Below, in pieces: positions 31,527 to 40,015 of a stretch of DNA of 64,000 nucleotides. The DNA lies in contig CAYTZH010000022.1 of the NCBI GenBank assembly GCA_964442285.1, positions 6,120 to 70,119 of the forward strand, read 5' to 3'. A program made the position numbers and the translations under genes. A model generated the notes under the pieces. That model was not told where the DNA came from. It worked only from the letters and a program-made list of their open reading frames with translations, and made no database searches. The DNA is from an uncultured Spirochaetales bacterium (GTDB lineage: Bacteria > Myxococcota_A > UBA9160 > JAFDET01). How positions within the stretch are numbered: the stretch's first letter is position 1; each line of letters opens with the position of its first letter.

Positions 31527-32492
31527 ATGGACCCGAACGCCAACCACTCCGCCTCCGCCGACCGCCAGCCGGCCTCCGAACCCGAGGCCTCCGGTCAGGT
31601 CCTGGGGATCCAGCGCTATGCCGTTCACGACGGGCCGGGCATCCGGACGCTGGTGTTCCTGAAGGGCTGCCCGCTCCGCTGCGCCTGGTGCCAGAACCCG
31701 GAGGCCCTCGACCCGCGCCCCGAGATCGCGCACGTGGCCGCGCACTGCATCCGCTGCGAGACCTGTGCAGCGGTCTGCCCGGAGCAGGCCATCGGGCTCG
31801 ACGACCGACAGGGCATTCGGATCGACCGCAGTGCCTGCACCCGCTGCGGTGCCTGCGTGGAGGCCTGCATGGCCGACGCCATGCGCTGGGCCGGGCGCCC
31901 GTGGACCGTGGCGGAGGTGCTCGAGGCCGTGCTGCGCGACCGCCCGTTCCACGCGCGGAGCGGCGGGGGCCTGACCGTCTCGGGCGGCGAGCCCTTCCTG
32001 CAGCCGCGCTTCACCGGCGCGCTCCTGCGGGCGGCGAAGCGGGCCGGCCTCCACACGGTGGTGGAGACCTGCGGCCACTTCCGCTGGCGCGACGTGGAGC
32101 CCGCGCTCCCCGCGGTGGACCTGCTGTACTTCGACCTCAAGATCGTCGACGAGGCCGCACACCGCGTCCACACCGGCGTGCGCAACCGCTGGATCCTCGA
32201 GAACGCCCGCCGCGTGGCCGCGTGCGAGACCCCCGTGGTGTTCCGCTGTCCGCTCGTTCCCGGCCATACGGCGACGCCCGAGAACGTCGAGGCGCTGATC
32301 GGCCTGCTGCGGGGGCTCGGCCAGGAGACGGTGCATCTGCTGCCGTATCACCCCTTCGGTGAGGGCAAGCTCGCGCGGGTGGACAGCCCGCTCCGGCCGC
32401 TCGGCCTGGACGCCATGGCCCCCGCGGCGGCGCGGGCGATCGCCGACCGCTTCGAGGACGCGGGTCTGCACGCGGTGCTGGGAGGCGCCTGA
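31527..32492 (+). CDS. Glycyl-radical enzyme activating protein (radical SAM)
   Basis: CPLRCAWC radical-SAM cluster, two ferredoxin-type clusters CIRCETCAAVCP and CTRCGACVEAC, GGGLTVSGGEP. Confidence 0.9.
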   Translation: MDPNANHSASADRQPASEPEASGQVLGIQRYAVHDGPGIRTLVFLKGCPLRCAWCQNPEALDPRPEIAHVAAHCIRCETCAAVCPEQAIGLDDRQGIRIDRSACTRCGACVEACMADAMRWAGRPWTVAEVLEAVLRDRPFHARSGGGLTVSGGEPFLQPRFTGALLRAAKRAGLHTVVETCGHFRWRDVEPALPAVDLLYFDLKIVDEAAHRVHTGVRNRWILENARRVAACETPVVFRCPLVPGHTATPENVEALIGLLRGLGQETVHLLPYHPFGEGKLARVDSPLRPLGLDAMAPAAARAIADRFEDAGLHAVLGGA

Positions 32493-32511
32493 GACCCGGA
32501 GGAGGGCAACG

Positions 32512-34875
32512 ATGACGCGAAACCTCCGACGCCGCGAACGCTTCTTCGAGGCGCAGCAGGCCTTCACGGTGGACGCGACCCGCGCCCGCTGCCTCACCGC
32601 CGCCTTCCGGGAGAGCGAGGGCCAGCCGCGCAGCCTGGGCATGGCCCGCGGCCTCGCCCGCACCCTGGCGGAGATGCCCCTCATCGTGGACGACGACGAC
32701 CTCTTCGCCGGCAACCTGGCGGGGGCGCTGCTCGGCAGCCACATCTTCCCGGAGCTGAAGGGCGACTACTTCACCACGGCCGCCGTGCCGTGGGAGGCGC
32801 TGCGCGAGGGGCCGCATCCGGTGCACATCGCGCCCGAGGACGCGGCCGTGCTCGATGCCGTCGCGCCCTGCTGGGAGGGACGCACGGTCGAGGACCGCTG
32901 GAAGGCGCTGCGCGACCCCGACGACGAGGCCCTGCACGGCCGCGGTCTCTACTTCCCCTACAACATGCTGGTCGGCATCGGGCACGTGATCGTCGACGTG
33001 GAGCGCGTGCTGCGGCGGGGCCTGGCCGGGCTGCGGCGCGAGGCCGCCGAGCGCCGTCGCGCCTACCGGGCGTCCACGGACGTGCCGGATCCGGAACGTC
33101 TGGCCTTCTACGACGCGGTGGGGATCAGCCTCGATGGCGTGATCCACCACGCCCACCGCTACGCGGGCGCGTGTGCTGCGAAGGCCGAGGCAGCCGGGGA
33201 TCCCGTGCGTCGCGCGGAGCTCGCGCGGCTGGCCGCGGCCTGCCGCCGCGTCCCCGAGCACCCGGCGCGCGACAGCTTCGAGGCCCTCCAGTGCGCGCTC
33301 TTCCTGCTTCACGCCGTGGGCACCGAGTCGTGCCAGATCTCCATCTGCCCCGGCCGGGTCGACCAGTGGCTGGCCCCCTTCGTCGAGGCGGACCTCGCGC
33401 GCGGCGTCCCGGAGGCGGAGATCGTCACGCGGCTCGAGGCCTTCGTGCTCAAGCTGGCCCACTGGCGGCTCTTCTCCGGCGCCGGGGCGGCGACCCTCGG
33501 CGGTGGCAACGAGCTGTGTACGCTGACCGTCGGAGGCTGCCATCCCGATGGCCGGGACGCGACCACGCGCGTCACCGAGCTGGTGCTGCGGGCGTGCGGG
33601 AACATGCGGCTCGCCCAGCCGCCGCTGGCCCTGCGCGTGCATCCCGGCACGCCCGGGACCCTCTGGGAGGAGGCCCTCCGCTGTCTGCGGACCGGCTGCG
33701 GCTCGCCGTCCTTCATGAACGACGCGGTGATGATCCCGGCGCTCCGGGAGCTCGGATTCAGCCGGGAGGACGCCCACGCCTACGCCGACATCGGCTGCGT
33801 GGAGATCGGTACCGCCGGCACCTCGCTCGGCCCGGTGAGCATCGGCTTCATCAACCTGGCGAAGTGCCTCGAGCTCGCGCTCCACGACGGCCGCTGCGCG
33901 CTCAGCGGGGAGCCACTCGGGCCGAAGACGGGGACGCTGTCCTCCCACGGCTCGATCGAGAGCCTGAAGGCCGCCTACGCCCGGCAGGTGGCGTTCGCGG
34001 CCGAGAAGTTCCATCGCTCGGTCTCGGCGCTGGAGCGAGCGCACAGCGAGCTGCGGCCGGTCCCCTTCCTCTCGGCGCTCACCGACGACGCCCTGGCCCA
34101 GGGGCGGGACCTGGTGCGGGGCTCGTCGAAGTACCGCTACGCCGGTGTCGAGGGGATCGGCTTCGCGGAGGTCGCCGATTCCCTCACTGCCGTGAAGCAC
34201 CTGGTCTTCGACGAGGGCAGGGTGGGCGCGGAGGATCTGGAGCACCAGCTCCGTTGCAGCTTCCAGGGCGACGAGCGGCTCCGCCTGCAGCTGGTGAACC
34301 GGGCGCCGAAGTACGGCAACGACGACGCCGGCGCCGACGCCATGATGCGCTTCGTCGCCGAGGGCTTCGCCCACGAGGTCAAGGGGCGGCGAGACCACTG
34401 GGGCGGCGAGTACACCGCGGGCGCCTGGAGCATCCGGCTGGCGGTCTTCCTGGGCATGCTGGTGGGGGCGCTCCCGAACGGAAGGCACGCCGGCGAGACG
34501 CTCACCGAGGGCATCCGCCCGGCCAGCGGCTGCGACCGCGAGGGGCCGACGAGCTGCGTCCGCAGCGTGGCCGAGATCGACCACCGTCTCTTCCAGAACG
34601 GCTCGATCTTCAACATGAGCTTCACGCCCGACATCCTGGACGGGCGGGCGGAGCGGGAGAAGTTCCGCGACCTGATCCGGACCTTCTTCGACCTGGGCGG
34701 CTTCCAGATGCAGTTCAACCTGGTGGACGCGTCCGTGCTGCGAGAGGCGCAGGCCCAGCCGGAGCGCTACCGCGACCTGGTGGTGCGTGTCGCCGGCTAC
34801 TGCTCGTACTTCGTCGACGAGTGCCCGCAGGTCCAGGAGCAGATCATCCAGCGGACCCTCCACGGGGGCCTGTAG
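32512..34875 (+). CDS. Glycyl-radical enzyme, PFL2/dehydratase-lyase branch, substrate unknown
   Basis: 787 aa. Glycyl-radical fingerprint VVRVAGYCSYF near the C-terminus. Single-Cys loop DIGCVEIGTAG. Confidence 0.9.
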   Translation: MTRNLRRRERFFEAQQAFTVDATRARCLTAAFRESEGQPRSLGMARGLARTLAEMPLIVDDDDLFAGNLAGALLGSHIFPELKGDYFTTAAVPWEALREGPHPVHIAPEDAAVLDAVAPCWEGRTVEDRWKALRDPDDEALHGRGLYFPYNMLVGIGHVIVDVERVLRRGLAGLRREAAERRRAYRASTDVPDPERLAFYDAVGISLDGVIHHAHRYAGACAAKAEAAGDPVRRAELARLAAACRRVPEHPARDSFEALQCALFLLHAVGTESCQISICPGRVDQWLAPFVEADLARGVPEAEIVTRLEAFVLKLAHWRLFSGAGAATLGGGNELCTLTVGGCHPDGRDATTRVTELVLRACGNMRLAQPPLALRVHPGTPGTLWEEALRCLRTGCGSPSFMNDAVMIPALRELGFSREDAHAYADIGCVEIGTAGTSLGPVSIGFINLAKCLELALHDGRCALSGEPLGPKTGTLSSHGSIESLKAAYARQVAFAAEKFHRSVSALERAHSELRPVPFLSALTDDALAQGRDLVRGSSKYRYAGVEGIGFAEVADSLTAVKHLVFDEGRVGAEDLEHQLRCSFQGDERLRLQLVNRAPKYGNDDAGADAMMRFVAEGFAHEVKGRRDHWGGEYTAGAWSIRLAVFLGMLVGALPNGRHAGETLTEGIRPASGCDREGPTSCVRSVAEIDHRLFQNGSIFNMSFTPDILDGRAEREKFRDLIRTFFDLGGFQMQFNLVDASVLREAQAQPERYRDLVVRVAGYCSYFVDECPQVQEQIIQRTLHGGL

Positions 34876-34909
34876 CCCGCGAGGCCCCGAGGCCGCCGCA
34901 GCGACGCAG

Positions 34910-35617
34910 TCAGCGGGGGAGCGAGAGGCCGGCCAGGCGGGCGCGGGCGCGATCGTTGTCCGGGCGGAGCTCGAGCGAGCGCCGGTAGTGGGCGGCGGCG
35001 GCGGTGGTGTCGTCGTCGGCCTCGGCCACGAGACCGCGGTGGTAGGCCACGCGCCAGGCGGGGGCGCCCAGCCGCTCGGCGGCCAGGAGCTCGCGGCGGG
35101 CGTCGGCCAGGTCGCCCTTCAGGTAGGCCACGGAGGCGGCCGCCTCCCGCAGGCCGGCGTGGTCCGGGGAGAGCTCGATCGATTCGCGGAGCAGCCGCTG
35201 GGCGAAGGCGAGGTTGCCCTCCTCGCTGGCGATGCGGCTGCGCAACAGCGCGGCCTCGGGATGGCCCGGGCGGAGCGCGAGCGCGGCGTCCAGGTAGGCC
35301 TGGGCCCGGGTCGGGTAGCCCACGTCGTAGGACACCACGGCGTTGGCCAGCAACACGTCGGGAGAGCCCGGGAACTCGCTCGCCAGTCGGCGCAGGCCGA
35401 GCTGGATGCGGCCGCAGTCGCGCTCGGGCTGGCCGGCCCGGGGCAGGTCCTCACAGGTCTGGCCGGAGGCCTTCACGGCCTCCCACTGCGCCAGCAGCCG
35501 CTCGAGGCGCGGCGCGGCGTCCTGGCGCTCGGCCGTGGGCCCCAGCACGCCGCGCGTCTGGGCGCAGCCGAGGGCGAGCACCGCGACGAGGGCGACGGCG
35601 CGGATCGGATTCTTCAT
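34910..35617 (-). CDS. TPR-repeat lipoprotein (TadD-like position)
   Basis: MKNPIRAVALVAVLALGC lipobox; several TPR-like repeats; last gene of the Tad locus. Confidence 0.6.
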   Translation of the reverse strand: MKNPIRAVALVAVLALGCAQTRGVLGPTAERQDAAPRLERLLAQWEAVKASGQTCEDLPRAGQPERDCGRIQLGLRRLASEFPGSPDVLLANAVVSYDVGYPTRAQAYLDAALALRPGHPEAALLRSRIASEEGNLAFAQRLLRESIELSPDHAGLREAAASVAYLKGDLADARRELLAAERLGAPAWRVAYHRGLVAEADDDTTAAAAHYRRSLELRPDNDRARARLAGLSLPR

Positions 35618-35620
35618 GGC

Positions 35621-36511
35621 TCAGCCTCCTCCCCGCGCGATGCGGTCGATGAGCTGCACGAACTGGTAGAAGGCGGGCCCGGCGGCGGCTACGAAGAGCC
35701 CGGGCAGGAAGCAGATCACCAGGGGGAAGACGAGCTTCACCTCCAGGGACTCCGCCTGGGCCAGGGCGCGCTCGCGCCGCAGATTGCGCAGGTCTTCGGC
35801 CTGGGTGCGCAGGACGCCTGCCAGGCTCGAGCCCATCTGCTCGGACTGGATGAGTGCGGTGGCGAGGACGGTCATGGCGGGGATGTCGACCCGCTCGGCC
35901 AGCCGGCGCAGGGCCTCGATCCGCGGCATGCCGGCGAGGGCGTCGCGCTGGTAGAGACGCAGCTCGCCGACCAGGGGCTGGCCGGCCGGCTGGGACGCCA
36001 CCAGCCGGTCCACCGCGGCGTCGAAGCCGAAGCCCGCCTCGCCGAGGGTCGCCAGGAGCTCCAGGCTCACCGGCAGGTCCTGCTCGATGGCGGTCACCCG
36101 CGCGCGACGCGCGGAGCGGACCAGGAGCCAGGGGGCCAGCGCCAGGCTCGCGAAGAGGATGAGCGGTCCCGCCTGCAGCACGAGGGCCATCAGCGCGCCG
36201 GCGGGCCCGGGGACGACGCCCACGCCGGCGACCAGGAGCTCGCCCAGCCCGGCGCCGAGCCACAGGAGGACGGCGACACCGGCCAGCGCCAGCGCCCCCA
36301 CGCAGCAGGCCACGAAGACCGCGGGGGCGCGGCGGCGTCGGAAGCCGGCCCGCACGAGCCAGCGCGCCAGGCCCCGGGGACGTCCGCGCCCGGTCTGGGT
36401 CTCGCCCGCGTACAGACGTCCGCGGGCGCGCTCACGCAGCAGCCAGGGCACCGCCACCAGCGCCAGCGCCACCGAGGCCAGCAGGAGCAGCAGGCCGAGC
36501 AGGGGGCTCAT
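35621..36511 (-). CDS. tadC: Tad pilus inner-membrane platform protein, TadC-like (T2SS F family)
   Basis: GspF-like domain (DLPVSLELLATLGEAGFGFDAAV..., ESLEVKLVFPLV) with TM segments. Confidence 0.8.
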   Translation of the reverse strand: MSPLLGLLLLLASVALALVAVPWLLRERARGRLYAGETQTGRGRPRGLARWLVRAGFRRRRAPAVFVACCVGALALAGVAVLLWLGAGLGELLVAGVGVVPGPAGALMALVLQAGPLILFASLALAPWLLVRSARRARVTAIEQDLPVSLELLATLGEAGFGFDAAVDRLVASQPAGQPLVGELRLYQRDALAGMPRIEALRRLAERVDIPAMTVLATALIQSEQMGSSLAGVLRTQAEDLRNLRRERALAQAESLEVKLVFPLVICFLPGLFVAAAGPAFYQFVQLIDRIARGGG

Positions 36512-36547
36512 ACGCGCACCTCCGCCGGGCCGCTCATACGCGCACCT
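36506..36547. repeat. 16-bp direct repeat (gctcatacgcgcacct), period 26, at the tadB-stop / tadC-start junction
   Basis: 36506-36521 and 36532-36547 are identical. This creates ATGA - 9-codon mini-ORF (36537-36508) - ATGA. Confidence 0.9.
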
Positions 36548-37382
36548 TCGCCAGGCGCCACATCCAGAGCAGCCCCAGGGCCTGGAGGATCATCGCCGCG
36601 GCCACCGCGAGGGCGCCGATCCGGGTGGACAGGAAGACCTCCACCCGCTCGGGCTCCCAGAGCCACATGAGCAGGCCCACGCCGTAGGAGATCAGGAGGA
36701 TCGCGACCATGGAGGCGACGGCCGCCGTGGTCTGGGAGCCGACGCGCCGGGCCAGCGCGATGCGGTCGCGCACCGAGCGCCCCACGAGCGACAGCGCCGG
36801 GGCCAGGCTTCCGCCCGTCTCCCACTGGGTTCCGAGGGAGAGGGCGAAGAGCCGGAAGCTCGCCAGGGGTACGCGCTGGGCCGGCTCGCGGAACACCGTG
36901 GAGGGCTCGTCGCCCAGCCGGAGGCGGCGACTCATGTCCTCGAGCAGGGGGCGAAAGGGCGCCCGCGAGGCCTCTGCGGCCTGCCCGAGGGCGGCGGCCA
37001 GGCCGGCACCCGCCTGGAGCGCGCCCACGAGGAGATCGATGGCGTCGGCCAGCTGGGTCTCGAGGCGCACCAGGCGTCGCTCGGCCAGCAGGTCCTCGAC
37101 CAGCAGCCCGAGGGAGAGCCCGATCGCCGTTGCCGCGACCCAGTAGGGAGGCTGCTCGGTCACGAGCCTCGCCACGAGCAGGAGCATCACCCCACCGAGC
37201 AGCGCGGCCGCCAGGGGCTGGCGTCCGACCAGCTCGCGGCCGCGCAGGAGCCCCGGCGGCGCGTCGGCCTCGCCGGCATGCAGCCGGCGTACGGCCAGCT
37301 GGTGGAGCCAGCGGTCCACGCCGATCCAGAGCGCGGCGCCGGCGCCGACGAAGACGAGGGCGGCGACCGCGACGTTAGGCAC
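36534..37382 (-). CDS. tadB: Tad pilus inner-membrane platform protein, TadB-like (T2SS F family)
   Basis: GspF-like domain (QLADAIDLLVGALQAGAGLAAAL...) with TM segments. GTG 37382 follows GGGAG. Confidence 0.8.
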   Translation of the reverse strand: MPNVAVAALVFVGAGAALWIGVDRWLHQLAVRRLHAGEADAPPGLLRGRELVGRQPLAAALLGGVMLLLVARLVTEQPPYWVAATAIGLSLGLLVEDLLAERRLVRLETQLADAIDLLVGALQAGAGLAAALGQAAEASRAPFRPLLEDMSRRLRLGDEPSTVFREPAQRVPLASFRLFALSLGTQWETGGSLAPALSLVGRSVRDRIALARRVGSQTTAAVASMVAILLISYGVGLLMWLWEPERVEVFLSTRIGALAVAAAMILQALGLLWMWRLAKVRV

Positions 37383-37409
37383 GGCGAGCTCCCGCGACGC
37401 TAGGCACGG
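37367..37409. repeat. 18-bp direct repeat (17/18), period 25, at the cpaF-stop / tadB-start junction
   Basis: ccgcgacgTtaggcacgg at 37367-37384 versus ccgcgacgCtaggcacgg at 37392-37409. Confidence 0.85.
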
Positions 37410-38827
37410 GCGCCTCCGGGCGCGTGGAAGAGCGCCACGTCGAGCTCGAGGCCCCGCTGCTTCAGGTCGGCGGTGAAGCGCGGCACGATGCCCGTGGGCA
37501 CGAAGGCTCCGCGCACGCGCCCGTCGACGAGACCGCGGCGCTCGAAGCGGAAGATGTCCTGCAGGAGCGGGGTCGCCCCCTCGAGGCCCACCACCTCGGC
37601 CACGCTCTCGATCCGGCGCACGCCGTCCTCGTAGCGCCGCACGTGGATCACGAGATTCAGCGCCGAAACCATCTGCTCGCGGATCGCCCGGGAGGGAAGC
37701 TCGATGCCCGCCATCAGCACCATGGTCTCCAGGCGCGCCAGGGCGTCGCGGGGCGAGTTGGCGTGGACGGTGCAAATGCCGCCGTCGTGCCCGGTGTTCA
37801 TGGCCTGCAGCATGTCCAGGGCCTCGGCCCCGCGCACCTCGCCGACGATGATGCGGTCGGGCCGCATGCGCAGGCTGTTGATCACCAGGTCTCGGGCGGT
37901 GATCGACCCGCGACCCTCCACGTTGGGCGGCCGCGTCTCCAGACGCACGCAGTGCTCCTGGTCGAGGATCAGCTCGAGGGTGTCCTCGATGGTGACGATC
38001 CGCTCCTGCTCCGGGATCACCTCGGCCAGGGCCCCCAGCAGGGTCGACTTGCCGGCCCCGGTGCCGCCGGAGATGAGCAGGTTCAGGCGTCCCCGCACGG
38101 CGGCCGCCAGGAAGGTGAGGATCCGCTGCGACACGCTCTGGCGACGCAGCAGCTCCTCGCGGCGAATCCGGTGGCGCCCGAAGCGGCGGATCGAGATCGT
38201 GGGGCCGTCGGGCGACGCGGGGGGAATGGTGGCGTTCACGCGGCTGCCGTCGGGGAGCCGCAGATCCACCATGGGCTGCGCGGCGTCGATGCGCCGGCCC
38301 ACCCGGGCGGCGATGCGCTCGATCACCCGCACCACGTGGTCGGCGTCGCGGAAGCGCACGTCGCTGCGCGCCAGGCGCCCGAAGCGCTCGATGTAGACGT
38401 GGTCGGGCCCGTTCACCAGGATGTCGGAGATGGCCGGATCGGACATCAGCGGCGCGAGGGGTCCCACGCCGAGGGTCTCGTCCACGAGCTCCTCGACCAG
38501 GTGCCGGGTCTCCCGGGCATTGAGGGGAATCTCCTCCCGGGCGAGCACGTCCCCGACGAACTCCTCGACCATGCCGGCGAGCGCCTCTTCGCTGTTCTCG
38601 TCGATGTCCCGGGACTCGAGGGCGTCGAGGAGCCGCTCCTGCAGGGCCCCCTTCAGGACCAGGATCTCGGTCGGGCGCGCGTGCGGAGTGCCGGCGGTCG
38701 CTCCCGAAAGGCGGCCCCGGGGCCCGGAGGCCTCGGCGCGGACCCGCAGGTCGTGCATCGACTGGCTCGCCGAGCGGCGCAGCCGATCGCGCAGGGTCTC
38801 GGGCGAGGGCTTCTCCTCGGCGCTCAT
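37400..38827 (-). CDS. cpaF: Tad pilus secretion ATPase CpaF/TadA
   Basis: T2SS E family: Walker A SGGTGAGKST, IVTIEDTLEL, RPDRIIVGEVRG, TGHDGGICTVHAN. Confidence 0.9.
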   Translation of the reverse strand: MSAEEKPSPETLRDRLRRSASQSMHDLRVRAEASGPRGRLSGATAGTPHARPTEILVLKGALQERLLDALESRDIDENSEEALAGMVEEFVGDVLAREEIPLNARETRHLVEELVDETLGVGPLAPLMSDPAISDILVNGPDHVYIERFGRLARSDVRFRDADHVVRVIERIAARVGRRIDAAQPMVDLRLPDGSRVNATIPPASPDGPTISIRRFGRHRIRREELLRRQSVSQRILTFLAAAVRGRLNLLISGGTGAGKSTLLGALAEVIPEQERIVTIEDTLELILDQEHCVRLETRPPNVEGRGSITARDLVINSLRMRPDRIIVGEVRGAEALDMLQAMNTGHDGGICTVHANSPRDALARLETMVLMAGIELPSRAIREQMVSALNLVIHVRRYEDGVRRIESVAEVVGLEGATPLLQDIFRFERRGLVDGRVRGAFVPTGIVPRFTADLKQRGLELDVALFHAPGGARA

Positions 38828-40005
38828 GCCGGCTCTCCTTCGGCGCGAGCGGCGGCCGACCCCTCCACCTCGTCGGTGAGGCCGCGCAGGGCCGGTCCGT
38901 ACCCGAAGCGGCTCGTCACCGAGAGCGCGTAGGGCTCGCCGGCACTCTGGGCCACGAGCAGGCCGCGGCGGTAGGGCAGCACGTGGGCCACGGGCTCGCC
39001 GAGGCGCTCCTCGACGTCCGCCGTGGAGAGCCGCCCGGGATGGTTGGGGTAGTTGCGGTTCAGGACGATGCGACGCCGGGTGGACGCGACGCCGAGGCGT
39101 TCGAGTACGCTCAGGAAGTGGGCCGTGCCGATCACGTCGGGCACCGTGCCCTGGAGCACCACGTAGGCCAGGTCCGAGGCGTCGAGGACGGTCATGACCG
39201 TGGCGTCGAGCAGGGGAAAGGTGTCCACGATCACGAAGCGGAAGCGGCGCCGCGCGAGATTCAGGATCCGGGCCAGCGACTCGTCGTCGACGTCCGAGGC
39301 CTCCATGGCGTCCTGGGGCGCGGCCAGCAGCCGCAGACCGCAGGCGTGGCGCACGGCGAGCCGCTGGAGCAGCGGGCCGTCGAGGCGCTCGCGCTCGCGC
39401 ACGGCGTCCAGGATCGTCGCCGGCGGCGTCAGGTCCAGGAGCGTCTGACACACGCCGAGCTGGAGCGAGGCGTCGACCAGGAGCACCTGATCGGGGTGCC
39501 GGCGCGCCAGGCTGCACGCCAGGTTGGTGGCGAGGGTCGACTTGCCCACGCCTCCCTTGTTGCTGACGAAGCTCACCACCCAGCCCCGCTCGGCCACGTG
39601 GACCGTTCCGCGGGGCTCGTTGTCGAGCCGCTCGAGGATCTCGCGCAGGTCCGAGCTCGCCACGGGGCGACGCAGGAAGTCGTGGACGCGCCCGCGAAGA
39701 GACTCGATCAGGAAGGCGCTCTCCTCGTCGCCGGAGCCGAAGCGCTCGCGCTCGTAGGCGGCCGTGAGGAAGGCCATCGGTGCGGTCTCGGCGAGCTCGC
39801 CGGCGATGGCGCGCAGCGTGCCGGCGTCGCTCCCGAAGTCCGCGCAGATCACCTCCGGCTCCCGCACGCGCGCCAGCTCGAGGCCCTCGCGGAAATCCTT
39901 CGCGTGATGGACGACGACCCGCACGGAGGTCGCGCCCGGCAGCGCCTGCTCGATCTCGTCGCGCAGGCCCGCGTCACCGATGACGAGGAGGCTCGGCGTC
40001 TTCAC
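38824..40005 (-). CDS. cpaE: CpaE/TadZ-like pilus localisation ATPase (receiver-like N-domain plus MinD/ParA ATPase)
   Basis: Deviant Walker A SNKGGVGKST and FVIVDT Walker B. GTG 40005 follows AGGAGG; stop overlaps the cpaF ATG (ATGA). Confidence 0.8.
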   Translation of the reverse strand: MKTPSLLVIGDAGLRDEIEQALPGATSVRVVVHHAKDFREGLELARVREPEVICADFGSDAGTLRAIAGELAETAPMAFLTAAYERERFGSGDEESAFLIESLRGRVHDFLRRPVASSDLREILERLDNEPRGTVHVAERGWVVSFVSNKGGVGKSTLATNLACSLARRHPDQVLLVDASLQLGVCQTLLDLTPPATILDAVRERERLDGPLLQRLAVRHACGLRLLAAPQDAMEASDVDDESLARILNLARRRFRFVIVDTFPLLDATVMTVLDASDLAYVVLQGTVPDVIGTAHFLSVLERLGVASTRRRIVLNRNYPNHPGRLSTADVEERLGEPVAHVLPYRRGLLVAQSAGEPYALSVTSRFGYGPALRGLTDEVEGSAAARAEGEPA

Positions 40006-40015
40006 GGGCCGCCTC

